A DNA stretch of 38,504 nucleotides from a virus. The DNA is taken from the IMG/VR virus record IMGVR_UViG_3300011977_000003, positions 1-38,504 of that record; one strand, given 5' to 3'. A program made the translations under genes and the position numbers. This document shows positions 7,732 through 14,758 of this stretch, piece after piece. Position 1 is the first letter of the stretch. Every line of letters begins with the position of its first letter. Under the pieces are notes generated by a model, which saw only the letters and a list, made by a program, of their open reading frames with translations, made no database searches and was not told the DNA's origin.

Positions 7732-8570
7732 GTGTTGCCTCCTCTCTTTTTCTTTCGTTTTCTCTTGCTGATGGCCTGCTTCAGTCTGACGACGCCCAGG
7801 CCTGCCTCCGTGAGCTCAGGATCCTCGAAGCGAAGCCCGAGACGGGTGAGGGTGCAGTTCTCGCCCTTCGTCACGAGGATCAGGTTGCTGATGTCGCAGT
7901 TCAGCTTGTTGCTGTCCTTGAAGGTCACGGCCATGCCCTCAGGGATCGGGCCGTTGTGTTCTTCCCAGACGGCCCTGTGCAGGAACTCCCAGCGCTCCCA
8001 GAGCGTTCCCTCCATGGACTTCTTCCGGAGCTTGTAGCCGTCAGAGTTGACCACAACGGAGCCGACCGGCAGCTCGTTCACCGGGCGCTCGCCCTTCTTG
8101 AACTGGGTGGAGCGGACTCTGGCCAGCTTCTCCGGGTCGTGCTTGCAGATCTCCTCGATCGTCTTGCCCTTGGTCCCCGGAGGGTGGCCCTTCTGGTACC
8201 AGCCGGTCACGCCGGACTTGATGCCGTGGCGCTGCCGGAACTGTTTCATGCAGGTGGGCGTCATCTCGTAGCCGAAGAGCTCCTTCACCCGCTCGGCCAT
8301 CTCCTTCGAGCTCACGCCCCAGGAGTTGTCCCGGATGTATTCGTACATGCCCTGGGGGTACTTGGTCTGGTACTTCCAGTACTCCGCGCCGGTCCATTGC
8401 TTCATGCCGTTCCGGTAGCCGTGATTGCCCCGGAAGGCCTTCATGCTCTGATCGGTGAAGCTGGTGCCGCACTTGTCATTCACCAGGGCGGCCAGCTCGC
8501 GGTCTCTTAGTTTTGGGGCCCACTCTTTGACCAGGTCGTGGACCTCTTGCGGGTATCTGTACACTGCCAT
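7728..8570 (-). CDS. HNH homing-type endonuclease
   Basis: 280 aa. The C-terminal HRAVWEEHNGPIPEGMAVTFKDSNKLNCDISNLILVTKGEN is an HNH_3-type motif. The tail is basic (KRKRKKKR). Confidence 0.8.
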   Translation of the reverse strand: MAVYRYPQEVHDLVKEWAPKLRDRELAALVNDKCGTSFTDQSMKAFRGNHGYRNGMKQWTGAEYWKYQTKYPQGMYEYIRDNSWGVSSKEMAERVKELFGYEMTPTCMKQFRQRHGIKSGVTGWYQKGHPPGTKGKTIEEICKHDPEKLARVRSTQFKKGERPVNELPVGSVVVNSDGYKLRKKSMEGTLWERWEFLHRAVWEEHNGPIPEGMAVTFKDSNKLNCDISNLILVTKGENCTLTRLGLRFEDPELTEAGLGVVRLKQAISKRKRKKKRGGNT

Positions 8571-8687
8571 CTATTTGCCATCCCTCCAGAACTCCCTCAT
8601 GCAGAGGCTGATCAGCACCAGCATCAGCAGGATCCCGGCCATGCAGCCGACGATCAGCCCGGCGATCAGGATCATGATCTTGGTCAT
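8571..8687 (-). CDS. Small single-pass membrane peptide (38 aa)
   Basis: Not in the track. My translation is MTKIMILIAGLIVGCMAGILLMLVLISLCMREFWRDGK. RBS ggagga lies before the ATG at 8687, and the stop abuts the next start at 8570. Confidence 0.5.
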   Translation of the reverse strand: MTKIMILIAGLIVGCMAGILLMLVLISLCMREFWRDGK

Positions 8688-8698
8688 CGGTTCCTCCT

Positions 8699-8959
8699 TT
8701 ACTTAGTCCCCCCCGTCTGGGTGCGTGCCTCCAGCATGACGGGGACCTGCTGGTGGCCGTTGTTGTAGCCGTATTCGTCCATGTGGACCATGGTCTTGAA
8801 GGCGAGCTCGCCGTTCTCGATGATCTGGGTGGCGATCTTCGTCATGCCTTCCGCCCGCTTCAGCTCTCTGTCGAGCTCCTCGTCCGTGAGCTCCTCGTCA
8901 TTGAGGCGCTCCAGCTGCTCGAAGAGGTGGTTGTTCAGGTCTTGCAGCGTGTTCTTCAC
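8699..8959 (-). CDS. Hypothetical acidic protein
   Basis: 86-aa ORF in the early operon, overlapping the upstream gene by 4 nt. No family recognised. Confidence 0.6.
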   Translation of the reverse strand: MKNTLQDLNNHLFEQLERLNDEELTDEELDRELKRAEGMTKIATQIIENGELAFKTMVHMDEYGYNNGHQQVPVMLEARTQTGGTK

Positions 8960-9243
8960 TCGTCCACCACCTCCTCGATGTCGGTGAGCTTGTAGATGTT
9001 CTTGCTCTTCGGTTTCAGCTGGCAGAGCACGGCGAGCACGTCATACATGGCCGTCGTGTTTGCGTCTCCTCCGATGTCGGCGTAGATCTTCGAGCCGTTG
9101 TTGAAGGTGATCTTGGCCACTTCCTTGTGGAAGCCGTCCTTGTCGACGTTCATGCAGGCCTTGATCGAGATGACGTCCTTGTCCCTGGTGTATTGCAGGG
9201 CCTCCGTGAGTTTTTCAAATGCTTTGTTCAGTCCCTTGTCCAT
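8956..9243 (-). CDS. Hypothetical protein
   Basis: 95-aa ORF with RBS aaggagg before the ATG at 9243. Confidence 0.6.
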   Translation of the reverse strand: MDKGLNKAFEKLTEALQYTRDKDVISIKACMNVDKDGFHKEVAKITFNNGSKIYADIGGDANTTAMYDVLAVLCQLKPKSKNIYKLTDIEEVVDE

Positions 9244-9261
9244 GTGTGTCCTCCTTAGTTT

Positions 9262-9840
9262 TCAATGTACAAACAGAACGATCTGGTCGTTGTAGAGCTC
9301 GTAGGTCATGCAGCCGCAGTCGAAGCGGATGTAGTTCCAGTCGGTCGCCTCGTAGAGCGGGAGGCGCTCCGTCTCGCCGGTTCTCCGGAGCTGGCCGTGG
9401 CGGTTGATCTCATAGGTCGGAACGCTGTGCAGGATCGTGACCTTCTCCCGGGCGAAGCCGAACCAGTCATAGAGGAGATCCTTCGCTTCGTCGTCAGTCA
9501 TGACGCGGCCTGCTGCTCTCAGATGATCATAGTCGACCTGCCTGGTGTTCTCCTTCATCTCGTAGGGCTGCCACTCCAGCTCGTGGTCGAGCTTCTTCTG
9601 GAGCTCCTCGATCTGCTTCTTCAGGGCCGCCTTTTCAGCCTCGGCCTCGCGGATCTTCTGCCAGCGCTGGCTGTTGAGCGTCCGCTGGATCCTGGTGGCC
9701 AGGCCGTTCGTGTTGAGCTTGAAGGCCTTGCAGAAGGCGTCCTTGTCGCCGTCGAACTGTACATACTCTTCCTCGATCACGCGGTAGGTCTCGCTGCTGG
9801 GATAGTAGCCGGTGCGGGCTTCAAATTCTTCGAGCATCAT
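9262..9840 (-). CDS. Hypothetical early protein (first gene of the leftward early operon)
   Basis: I chose the start ATGATG at 9840, which is preceded by gaggagg. The track extension to 10167 would cross the promoter region and the repressor start. Contains a central coiled coil (KAALKKQIEELQKKL). Confidence 0.65.
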   Translation of the reverse strand: MMLEEFEARTGYYPSSETYRVIEEEYVQFDGDKDAFCKAFKLNTNGLATRIQRTLNSQRWQKIREAEAEKAALKKQIEELQKKLDHELEWQPYEMKENTRQVDYDHLRAAGRVMTDDEAKDLLYDWFGFAREKVTILHSVPTYEINRHGQLRRTGETERLPLYEATDWNYIRFDCGCMTYELYNDQIVLFVH

Positions 9841-9873
9841 GGTGGTGTGTCCTCCTCGTAGTTGTGTTTCTTG

Positions 9874-9890
9874 GTAGAAAATTTTTCTAC
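9874..9890. promoter_or_regulatory. Operator-like palindrome GTAGAAAA-T-TTTTCTAC (copy B)
   Basis: Perfect palindrome, extended to 19 bp by flanking g/c. It sits just downstream of the -10 of the leftward promoter. Confidence 0.65.
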
Positions 9891-9898
9891 CTGCACAT

Positions 9899-9927
9899 AG
9901 AATACATCGCCGGAGAAAAGAAGTCAA
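9899..9927 (-). promoter_or_regulatory. Leftward early promoter candidate (TTGACT-17-TATTCT)
   Basis: On the minus strand, TTGACT is the reverse complement of 9922-9927 and TATTCT of 9899-9904, with a 17-nt spacer. Operator copy B follows immediately. Confidence 0.55.
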
Positions 9928-9944
9928 CAAAAATTTCCGAAAAA

Positions 9945-9962
9945 GTAGAAAATATTTTCTCC
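9945..9962. promoter_or_regulatory. Operator-like imperfect palindrome GTAGAAAA-TA-TTTTCTCC (copy C)
   Basis: It has one mismatch and a 2-nt centre relative to copies A and B. It overlaps the -35/spacer of the rightward promoter. Confidence 0.5.
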
Positions 9963-9974
9963 CCATGATATAAT
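9946..9974 (+). promoter_or_regulatory. Rightward repressor/integrase promoter candidate (extended -10 TGaTATAAT)
   Basis: Perfect TATAAT at 9969-9974, preceded by TG at 9966-9967. The -35 is weak (tagaaa at 9946-9951). RBS gaggagg precedes the ATG at 9995. Confidence 0.55.
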
Positions 9975-9994
9975 GGCGCCGAGGAGGCGATCCC

Positions 9995-10426
9995 ATGAAT
10001 GAATTAGGAAAGAAGATCAAGCAGAGGCGCGAAGAGCTTGGCCTCAGCCAGGACGAGCTCGCCCGGATGCTTGGATATAAACACAAGAGCTCGATCAATA
10101 AGATCGAGCTGGGCGCTGCCGATGTTCCCAGGGCGAAGGTCCCGGCCTTCGCGAAGGCGCTGGGCATGACCGCGATCGAGTTCTCCGGATGGACGGAAGA
10201 ACGGAAGGCCCTCAGCTTTTCCTATTGCATGGAGCAGCAGATGAGGATCCTCGGCTGGGTCGTCTTATACGATGCAGACGGGAACGTGATCCTCACCCAC
10301 GAGGGTGCGGAGTATGAGATCACTGAGGAGAGCATGAAAGAACTGGAGAGCCGTGTGGCTCTTTATTTAGATTTCCTTTTGACAGAGTTGACGAAGACCT
10401 CCAGGAAGATCGGAGGCCCGAAGTGA
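9995..10426 (+). CDS. XRE-family HTH repressor (CI-like), no S24 peptidase domain evident
   Basis: 143 aa. LGKKIKQRREELGLSQDELARMLGYKHKSSINKIELG is a classic XRE HTH. It is divergent from the early operon. Confidence 0.85.
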   Translation: MNELGKKIKQRREELGLSQDELARMLGYKHKSSINKIELGAADVPRAKVPAFAKALGMTAIEFSGWTEERKALSFSYCMEQQMRILGWVVLYDADGNVILTHEGAEYEITEESMKELESRVALYLDFLLTELTKTSRKIGGPK

Positions 10427-11934
10427 TCGGCGCGATTTATGCCCGGTACTCGAACGGGCCGAACCAGACAGACCAGTCGATCGAGGGCCAGGTGGCCGAC
10501 TGCCGGGCGTATGCTGAGCGGAACGGGATCCAGATCGTGGAGATCTATGCCGACCGGCACATCTCCGGGAAGAGCATCGTCGGCCGGAACGAGTTCCAGA
10601 GGATGCTGCACGACGCGGAGCAGCATCGCTTCGAGTGCGTGATCGTCTGGAAGATCGACCGCTTCGGCCGGGATCGCCAGGACATTGCCATCTCGAAGAT
10701 GAAGCTGAAGAAGGCAGGCGTCCGCCTTATGTATGCCGAGGAAGCCGTTCCGGAAGGTCCGGAGGGGATCATCCTGGAGAGCGTGCTGGAAGGCCTGGCC
10801 GAGTATTACAGCGCGGACCTGAGGCAGAAGATCCTCCGGGGCATGAGGGAGACCGCGAAGAAGGGCCAGTATTGCGGCCAGCCGCTTCCGATCGGGTACG
10901 CGGTAGACGAGGACCGGCACATCATAATCGACGAGGAGAAGGCTGCCGTCGTCCGTGAGGCCTTCCGGATGCACATCGCCGGAGCCCAGACGAAGGAGCT
11001 GATCGAACTCTTCCGGAAGAACGGGATCACCGGCAGGCGTGGCCGCCCGATCTCCCAGGCCGTGATCTATCGGATGCTGAGGAACGAGAAGTACCTGGGC
11101 CGCTTTGAGATCCAGGGCGTGGAGATCCCCGCCGAGCCGATCATCGACCAGGCGACCTTCGACGAGGCCGCCAGGCATTTCAAAACGAGCCGGAACAATG
11201 CAGCAGGGAGGGCGAAGGTGGACTATTTGCTGAGCTGTAAATGCTTTTGTGGATATTGTGGCGCCATGTTGAACGCTGAGAGCGGCACCAGTAAGACGGG
11301 GAAGGTGTACCACTATTACAAGTGCGGGGCGAAGAAGCGCGGGGCGAAGTGCGAGCTGAAGCCGATCCAGCGCGACCACTTCGAGGACCGCGTGATCGAG
11401 GCGACCGTCCAGGACATGCTGACCGATGACATGATCGGGAAGCTCACGACGCGGATCCTGGAGATCCAGGAGCAGGACGACGCTGCTGATCCGGCCGCCG
11501 CGTATAGGAAGCAGCTGGACTCGAACCGGAAGAAGCAGCGGAACCTACTGGACGCCATAGAGGAAGGGACCGGAGCGAAGGGTCTGGCCGGGCGTCTCGC
11601 TCAGCTGGAAGCTGAAGAGGGGGAGCTGGTCCTGGAGATCGAGCGGGCAGAAATAAAAAAGCCCCGACTCACCGAAGAGGTGGTCGGGGCGTGGCTCCGT
11701 TCGTTCAGGGACGGGGATGTGGACGACGCTGCCTTCCGGCAGCGCCTTGTGGACACGTTCATCGCCCGGATCGAGGTCAGGAACGGCCAGGCGATGATCT
11801 TCTACAACATAAAAGAAAATGGACCGCACTCAAAAGTTCGAGTACGGTCCGAATGGTGGAGCCCGCGCAGCCGTACTCGAACTCGCGAGCCCTTCGTCGC
11901 TGATGGGTATATTATACTGCCCATTGCCATATAA
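10423..11934 (+). CDS. int: Large serine recombinase (phage integrase)
   Basis: 503 aa. Contains the resolvase N-terminal domain (AIYARYS...QSIEGQ), a recombinase domain, a zinc ribbon (CGYCG...YHYYKCGAKKRGAKC) and a coiled coil. The GTG start overlaps the repressor stop (GTGA). Confidence 0.9.
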   Translation: MIGAIYARYSNGPNQTDQSIEGQVADCRAYAERNGIQIVEIYADRHISGKSIVGRNEFQRMLHDAEQHRFECVIVWKIDRFGRDRQDIAISKMKLKKAGVRLMYAEEAVPEGPEGIILESVLEGLAEYYSADLRQKILRGMRETAKKGQYCGQPLPIGYAVDEDRHIIIDEEKAAVVREAFRMHIAGAQTKELIELFRKNGITGRRGRPISQAVIYRMLRNEKYLGRFEIQGVEIPAEPIIDQATFDEAARHFKTSRNNAAGRAKVDYLLSCKCFCGYCGAMLNAESGTSKTGKVYHYYKCGAKKRGAKCELKPIQRDHFEDRVIEATVQDMLTDDMIGKLTTRILEIQEQDDAADPAAAYRKQLDSNRKKQRNLLDAIEEGTGAKGLAGRLAQLEAEEGELVLEIERAEIKKPRLTEEVVGAWLRSFRDGDVDDAAFRQRLVDTFIARIEVRNGQAMIFYNIKENGPHSKVRVRSEWWSPRSRTRTREPFVADGYIILPIAI

Positions 11935-11940
11935 AGCAAA

Positions 11941-11967
11941 AGAAGCCCGGCACGATGCCGGGCTTCT
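11941..11967. terminator. Bidirectional intrinsic terminator between convergent units
   Basis: 11-bp perfect stem (agaagcccggc / gccgggcttct) with a 5-nt loop. It is flanked by an A-rich run upstream and TTTCTTT downstream, so U-tracts are available on both strands. Confidence 0.7.
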
Positions 11968-11971
11968 TTCT

Positions 11972-12076
11972 TTAGTCTTCCATGTATTTGCCAGCGATCC
12001 AGAGCGCGACCGTTCCGGCGCCCAGCGGACCGATGGCCACGATGGCGATCAGTATGGCCACAATCAGCACTTCCAT
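11972..12076 (-). CDS. Small hydrophobic peptide (34 aa) at the end of the lysis cassette
   Basis: Not in the track. My translation is MEVLIVAILIAIVAIGPLGAGTVALWIAGKYMED. RBS aggagg lies 5 nt before the ATG at 12076, directly after the endolysin stop. Confidence 0.5.
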   Translation of the reverse strand: MEVLIVAILIAIVAIGPLGAGTVALWIAGKYMED

Positions 12077-12086
12077 GGTGTCCTCC

Positions 12087-13649
12087 TTAGCTGAGCAGCT
12101 TGTTGACCTTGGCCTGCACCCGGGCGTAGTCATAACCGGCAGCAGTCAGGCGGGCCTTGCGGTCCGATCCGTTGCCCCACTTCCCGGCGATCACTTCCTG
12201 GGCCAGCTCGTCGATGGACTTGCTGGATCCGCTGACCAGGGCGTTGACTTTGCTCTGCACGGCGTTGTAGTCGTAGCCTGCCGCTGTGAGCCTGTCCTTG
12301 CGCTCCTGGCCATTTCCCCAGGATCCGGCCAGGACTTCCTTGGCCAGTTCGTCCACGGTCTTCTTGGCCGGTTCCGGAGCCGCCACCAGCTGATTGACGC
12401 GGGCCTGCACGGCGCTGTAGTCATAACCGGCAGCAGTCAGGCGGGCCTTGCGGTCGTCGCCGTTGCCCCAGACGCCTGCCAGGACTTCCCTGGCCAGCTC
12501 CTCGACGCTCTTCCTGGCGCTTCCGGAGCTCTTGCCGTACTTCGGCTTGGCGTAGCCCCGGATGTTCCCGTGGCCGATCTTGCGGGTGGTCCTGCCGACC
12601 ACGCCGCCGCTGATGTTGCCCTCGATCGCGGTGATCATGCCGCCGCTGACCTTCTCGACGATGCCGATGTGGTCAGAGAAGCCGTCGTTCGGCTGGGTGT
12701 TGTCGTCCCAGTTGTAGACGATCAGCCAGCCAGGCTCCGGTGTGACGGTGCCGTCCTCCTCCCAGATCCCGGCCTTCTTGAAGAGCTTCACATGCTCCTC
12801 GACGCCGCACTCCGGACCGCCGATCAGATCGACCGCGCCCAGCTTGATGAAGGCAGCCGAGACGGTAGTGTCGCAGAAGGCGTCGGTGTAGCTGACCTTG
12901 TAGCCTCTGGCCCTTGGCGTGTAGCTGTTGTAGGTGTCAATGATGACGTGGTGCGTCCCGGCCGAGCGGCTGAGCCCGATCCAGGAGCGCATGACGGCCA
13001 GCACGTCCTCAGCTGTCACGCCCTTGACCGCAGTCTCCGGAACGGTGACGGGCTTGCTGGTGTTGCGCTGAGAGCAGTCCACGTTCCCGCTGATGCCGGG
13101 CACGCTGCCCTTGCTGGTGTACTGCCAGATCAGCCAGTCGCCGCTGTAGCTGAGCTTGCTGGCCCACTGAGCGACCCACCAGGAGAACGGCAGCTGTGAA
13201 GCGTCCAGGCGGTTCTTGATCCAGCTGGTCGAAGCGTAGACTCCGGCCGGGATCCCGTTCGCCTGGAGGCGTTCGCAGATGATCCTCAGGAAGCGCGTCC
13301 GGTCGGCTCTGTTGAGCTGATCAGAGCGGCCCTTGCCGCTGCCTTCGGCGTACTCGCTGTCCAGGAAGATCGGCAGCACGAACTTCATGCCCTTGGCCTC
13401 CTGGATGATGAAGTCCGCCTCCTCGATGGCTTCTGCGTCCGTGATGGACGTCGGGAAGAAGTAGAGGGAGAAGGGGATGCCGAGAGCCTCGCAGGCGGCT
13501 CTGTTTTCCTTGTACTTCGTGTCGTAAACGATCCGGCCGTTGCCATAGCCACGGTAGCCCAGCCGGATGATGGCGGCCTCGATGCTGCCCGAGACCGCCT
13601 TCCAGTCGATCGTCCCCTGAAAAGCGGAGACGTCAATGATCGGTTTCAC
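12087..13649 (-). CDS. Modular endolysin: GH25 muramidase + CHAP/NlpC-like peptidase + 3 x CW_7 (Cpl-7) wall-binding repeats
   Basis: The N-terminal IIDVSAFQGTIDW...WQYTS is GH25. The central domain has a Cys...His pattern (AFCDTTVS...DHIGIV). The protein ends with three xELAxEVxAGxWGNGxxRKxRLTAAGYDYxxVQxKVN repeats. Confidence 0.9.
   Translation of the reverse strand: MKPIIDVSAFQGTIDWKAVSGSIEAAIIRLGYRGYGNGRIVYDTKYKENRAACEALGIPFSLYFFPTSITDAEAIEEADFIIQEAKGMKFVLPIFLDSEYAEGSGKGRSDQLNRADRTRFLRIICERLQANGIPAGVYASTSWIKNRLDASQLPFSWWVAQWASKLSYSGDWLIWQYTSKGSVPGISGNVDCSQRNTSKPVTVPETAVKGVTAEDVLAVMRSWIGLSRSAGTHHVIIDTYNSYTPRARGYKVSYTDAFCDTTVSAAFIKLGAVDLIGGPECGVEEHVKLFKKAGIWEEDGTVTPEPGWLIVYNWDDNTQPNDGFSDHIGIVEKVSGGMITAIEGNISGGVVGRTTRKIGHGNIRGYAKPKYGKSSGSARKSVEELAREVLAGVWGNGDDRKARLTAAGYDYSAVQARVNQLVAAPEPAKKTVDELAKEVLAGSWGNGQERKDRLTAAGYDYNAVQSKVNALVSGSSKSIDELAQEVIAGKWGNGSDRKARLTAAGYDYARVQAKVNKLLS
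12090..12509 (-). repeat. Three in-frame CW_7-encoding DNA repeats (about 141-150 nt period)
   Basis: Near-identical stretches such as gtagtcataaccggcagcagtcaggcgggccttgcggtc occur at about 12127 and about 12418, with a diverged middle copy. Confidence 0.8.
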
Positions 13650-13864
13650 TGATCCGTGCCGTCCTCGGGCTTGTTGCCCGCGTCAGCGAGACCCTCGCCG
13701 AGTACATAGCCGATTACCGTGGCTCCGGCCATGATGAGGGCGGTGATCTGCTGGGCCGTGTTCTCCCCGCCTCCCAGGGCGACGATCAGCATGGCCACAA
13801 ACGACGCGATGCTGAGCCAGAACTTCCGGCTCGTCAGCTTTCTGATCCAGTCAATTTTCTGCAT
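13646..13864 (-). CDS. Holin (phiLC3-like, two TM segments)
   Basis: 72 aa. Contains LTSRKFWLSIASFVAMLIVAL and ALIMAGATVIGYVLG TM segments and an acidic C-terminus. It overlaps the endolysin start by 4 nt. Confidence 0.75.
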   Translation of the reverse strand: MQKIDWIRKLTSRKFWLSIASFVAMLIVALGGGENTAQQITALIMAGATVIGYVLGEGLADAGNKPEDGTDQ

Positions 13865-13878
13865 GTTTCTGTCCTCCT

Positions 13879-14205
13879 TTATTCTTTGTGCAGTGGTAGC
13901 TTCTCGACCTCTGCCATGATCCGCTTGGCCGTCCCGTTGCCTCCCAGTGCAGCGTAGGGCTTGTAGAGGTACTCGTGCAGGTTCTCGTATTCGTCCTGGG
14001 TGATGTAGCCGCGCTCGATGTACGAGGCGCCCAGGTAGACGATCCGGTCATGCCCGAGGCCCATGAGCATGTCGCTCTGGAGCTTCTCGGCCGCGCTGCT
14101 TTTGTCCTTCTTCAGGTCGTGCCGCTGGATCAGGTAGAGGATTATTGAACACGCCCCGCTGGATGTCAGGGCGGTCAATACAGCGATTAAAATGGTTTCG
14201 TTCAT
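13879..14205 (-). CDS. N-terminally membrane-anchored protein of the lysis cassette (function unknown; possible second holin or regulator)
   Basis: 108 aa with a single N-terminal TM segment (ILIAVLTALTSSGACSIILYLI). It lies directly upstream of the holin. Confidence 0.55.
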   Translation of the reverse strand: MNETILIAVLTALTSSGACSIILYLIQRHDLKKDKSSAAEKLQSDMLMGLGHDRIVYLGASYIERGYITQDEYENLHEYLYKPYAALGGNGTAKRIMAEVEKLPLHKE

Positions 14206-14238
14206 TCTGTTGTCCTCCTATGGAGAAGCTCCGGAGCT

Positions 14239-14436
14239 TTACGCTTCCGGAGCTTCCTCTTCTTCGTTTTCTACCACATAGGGCTGGCCGGTGATCTCCT
14301 CGTATTCTTCCGGAGTGATCCAGGGGTTGCTGGTCGGATGGGTCACGGCGTTGTAGACGCGGGCCCCGTTCCAGACTCCCGCGTTGTAGTACTTCTTCAC
14401 CTTTGCGAAGTGCTTGCTGTGTGTAGTGTTTGCCAT
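14239..14436 (-). CDS. xkdX: XkdX-family phage protein
   Basis: 65 aa. Contains YYNAGVW...ITPEEYEEITGQPY, the XkdX-type ITxEEYxxITG signature. Its position between the tail and lysis genes is typical. Confidence 0.7.
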   Translation of the reverse strand: MANTTHSKHFAKVKKYYNAGVWNGARVYNAVTHPTSNPWITPEEYEEITGQPYVVENEEEEAPEA

Positions 14437-14440
14437 GGTC

Positions 14441-14758
14441 TTATACCTCCTCCAGATTAATGTCGGCCATCATCGCGACGTATTCGATGTTGGCCTGGGT
14501 CTTCATCTCAGCGAGCTCCTGAGCAGTCAGGTCGCGCAGGATGAACCAGTAGTTCGCCCCGACCTTCGTGATCTGGACGAGCTCCATGTTCTCGTGGACC
14601 TCCTCGTGCTCGCCGTCGCTGATCGTCACTGTGCTGAGGTTGTCGGTGAAGACGTCCTCGGTGATCTTCTTGCTGCTGATGTAGTTGTTCCCGTTGAGGC
14701 CGAGCCCCTCCAGGGTTGTCCCATCAGCCAGCGTAATCGTCCATGTCCTTTTTTCCAT
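14441..14758 (-). CDS. Hypothetical protein (XkdW-position)
   Basis: 105-aa ORF with RBS aaaggag before the ATG at 14758. It overlaps the 3' tail of the RT ORF. Confidence 0.6.
   Translation of the reverse strand: MEKRTWTITLADGTTLEGLGLNGNNYISSKKITEDVFTDNLSTVTISDGEHEEVHENMELVQITKVGANYWFILRDLTAQELAEMKTQANIEYVAMMADINLEEV

Noticed and set aside
9841-10167. The N-terminal extension of ORF 9262..10167 reported in the track.
   Set aside because: It would run through both switch promoters and the operators, and lie antisense to the repressor start. A strong RBS plus ATGATG at 9840 gives a sensible start. Similar extensions were trimmed for 25364..25861, 28028..28762, 28759..29157, 33176..33955 and 36276..36872.
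10363-11379. A 338-aa minus-strand ORF opposite the integrase gene.
   Set aside because: It is antisense to a serine recombinase with intact catalytic and zinc-ribbon motifs. It has low-complexity composition and no RBS.
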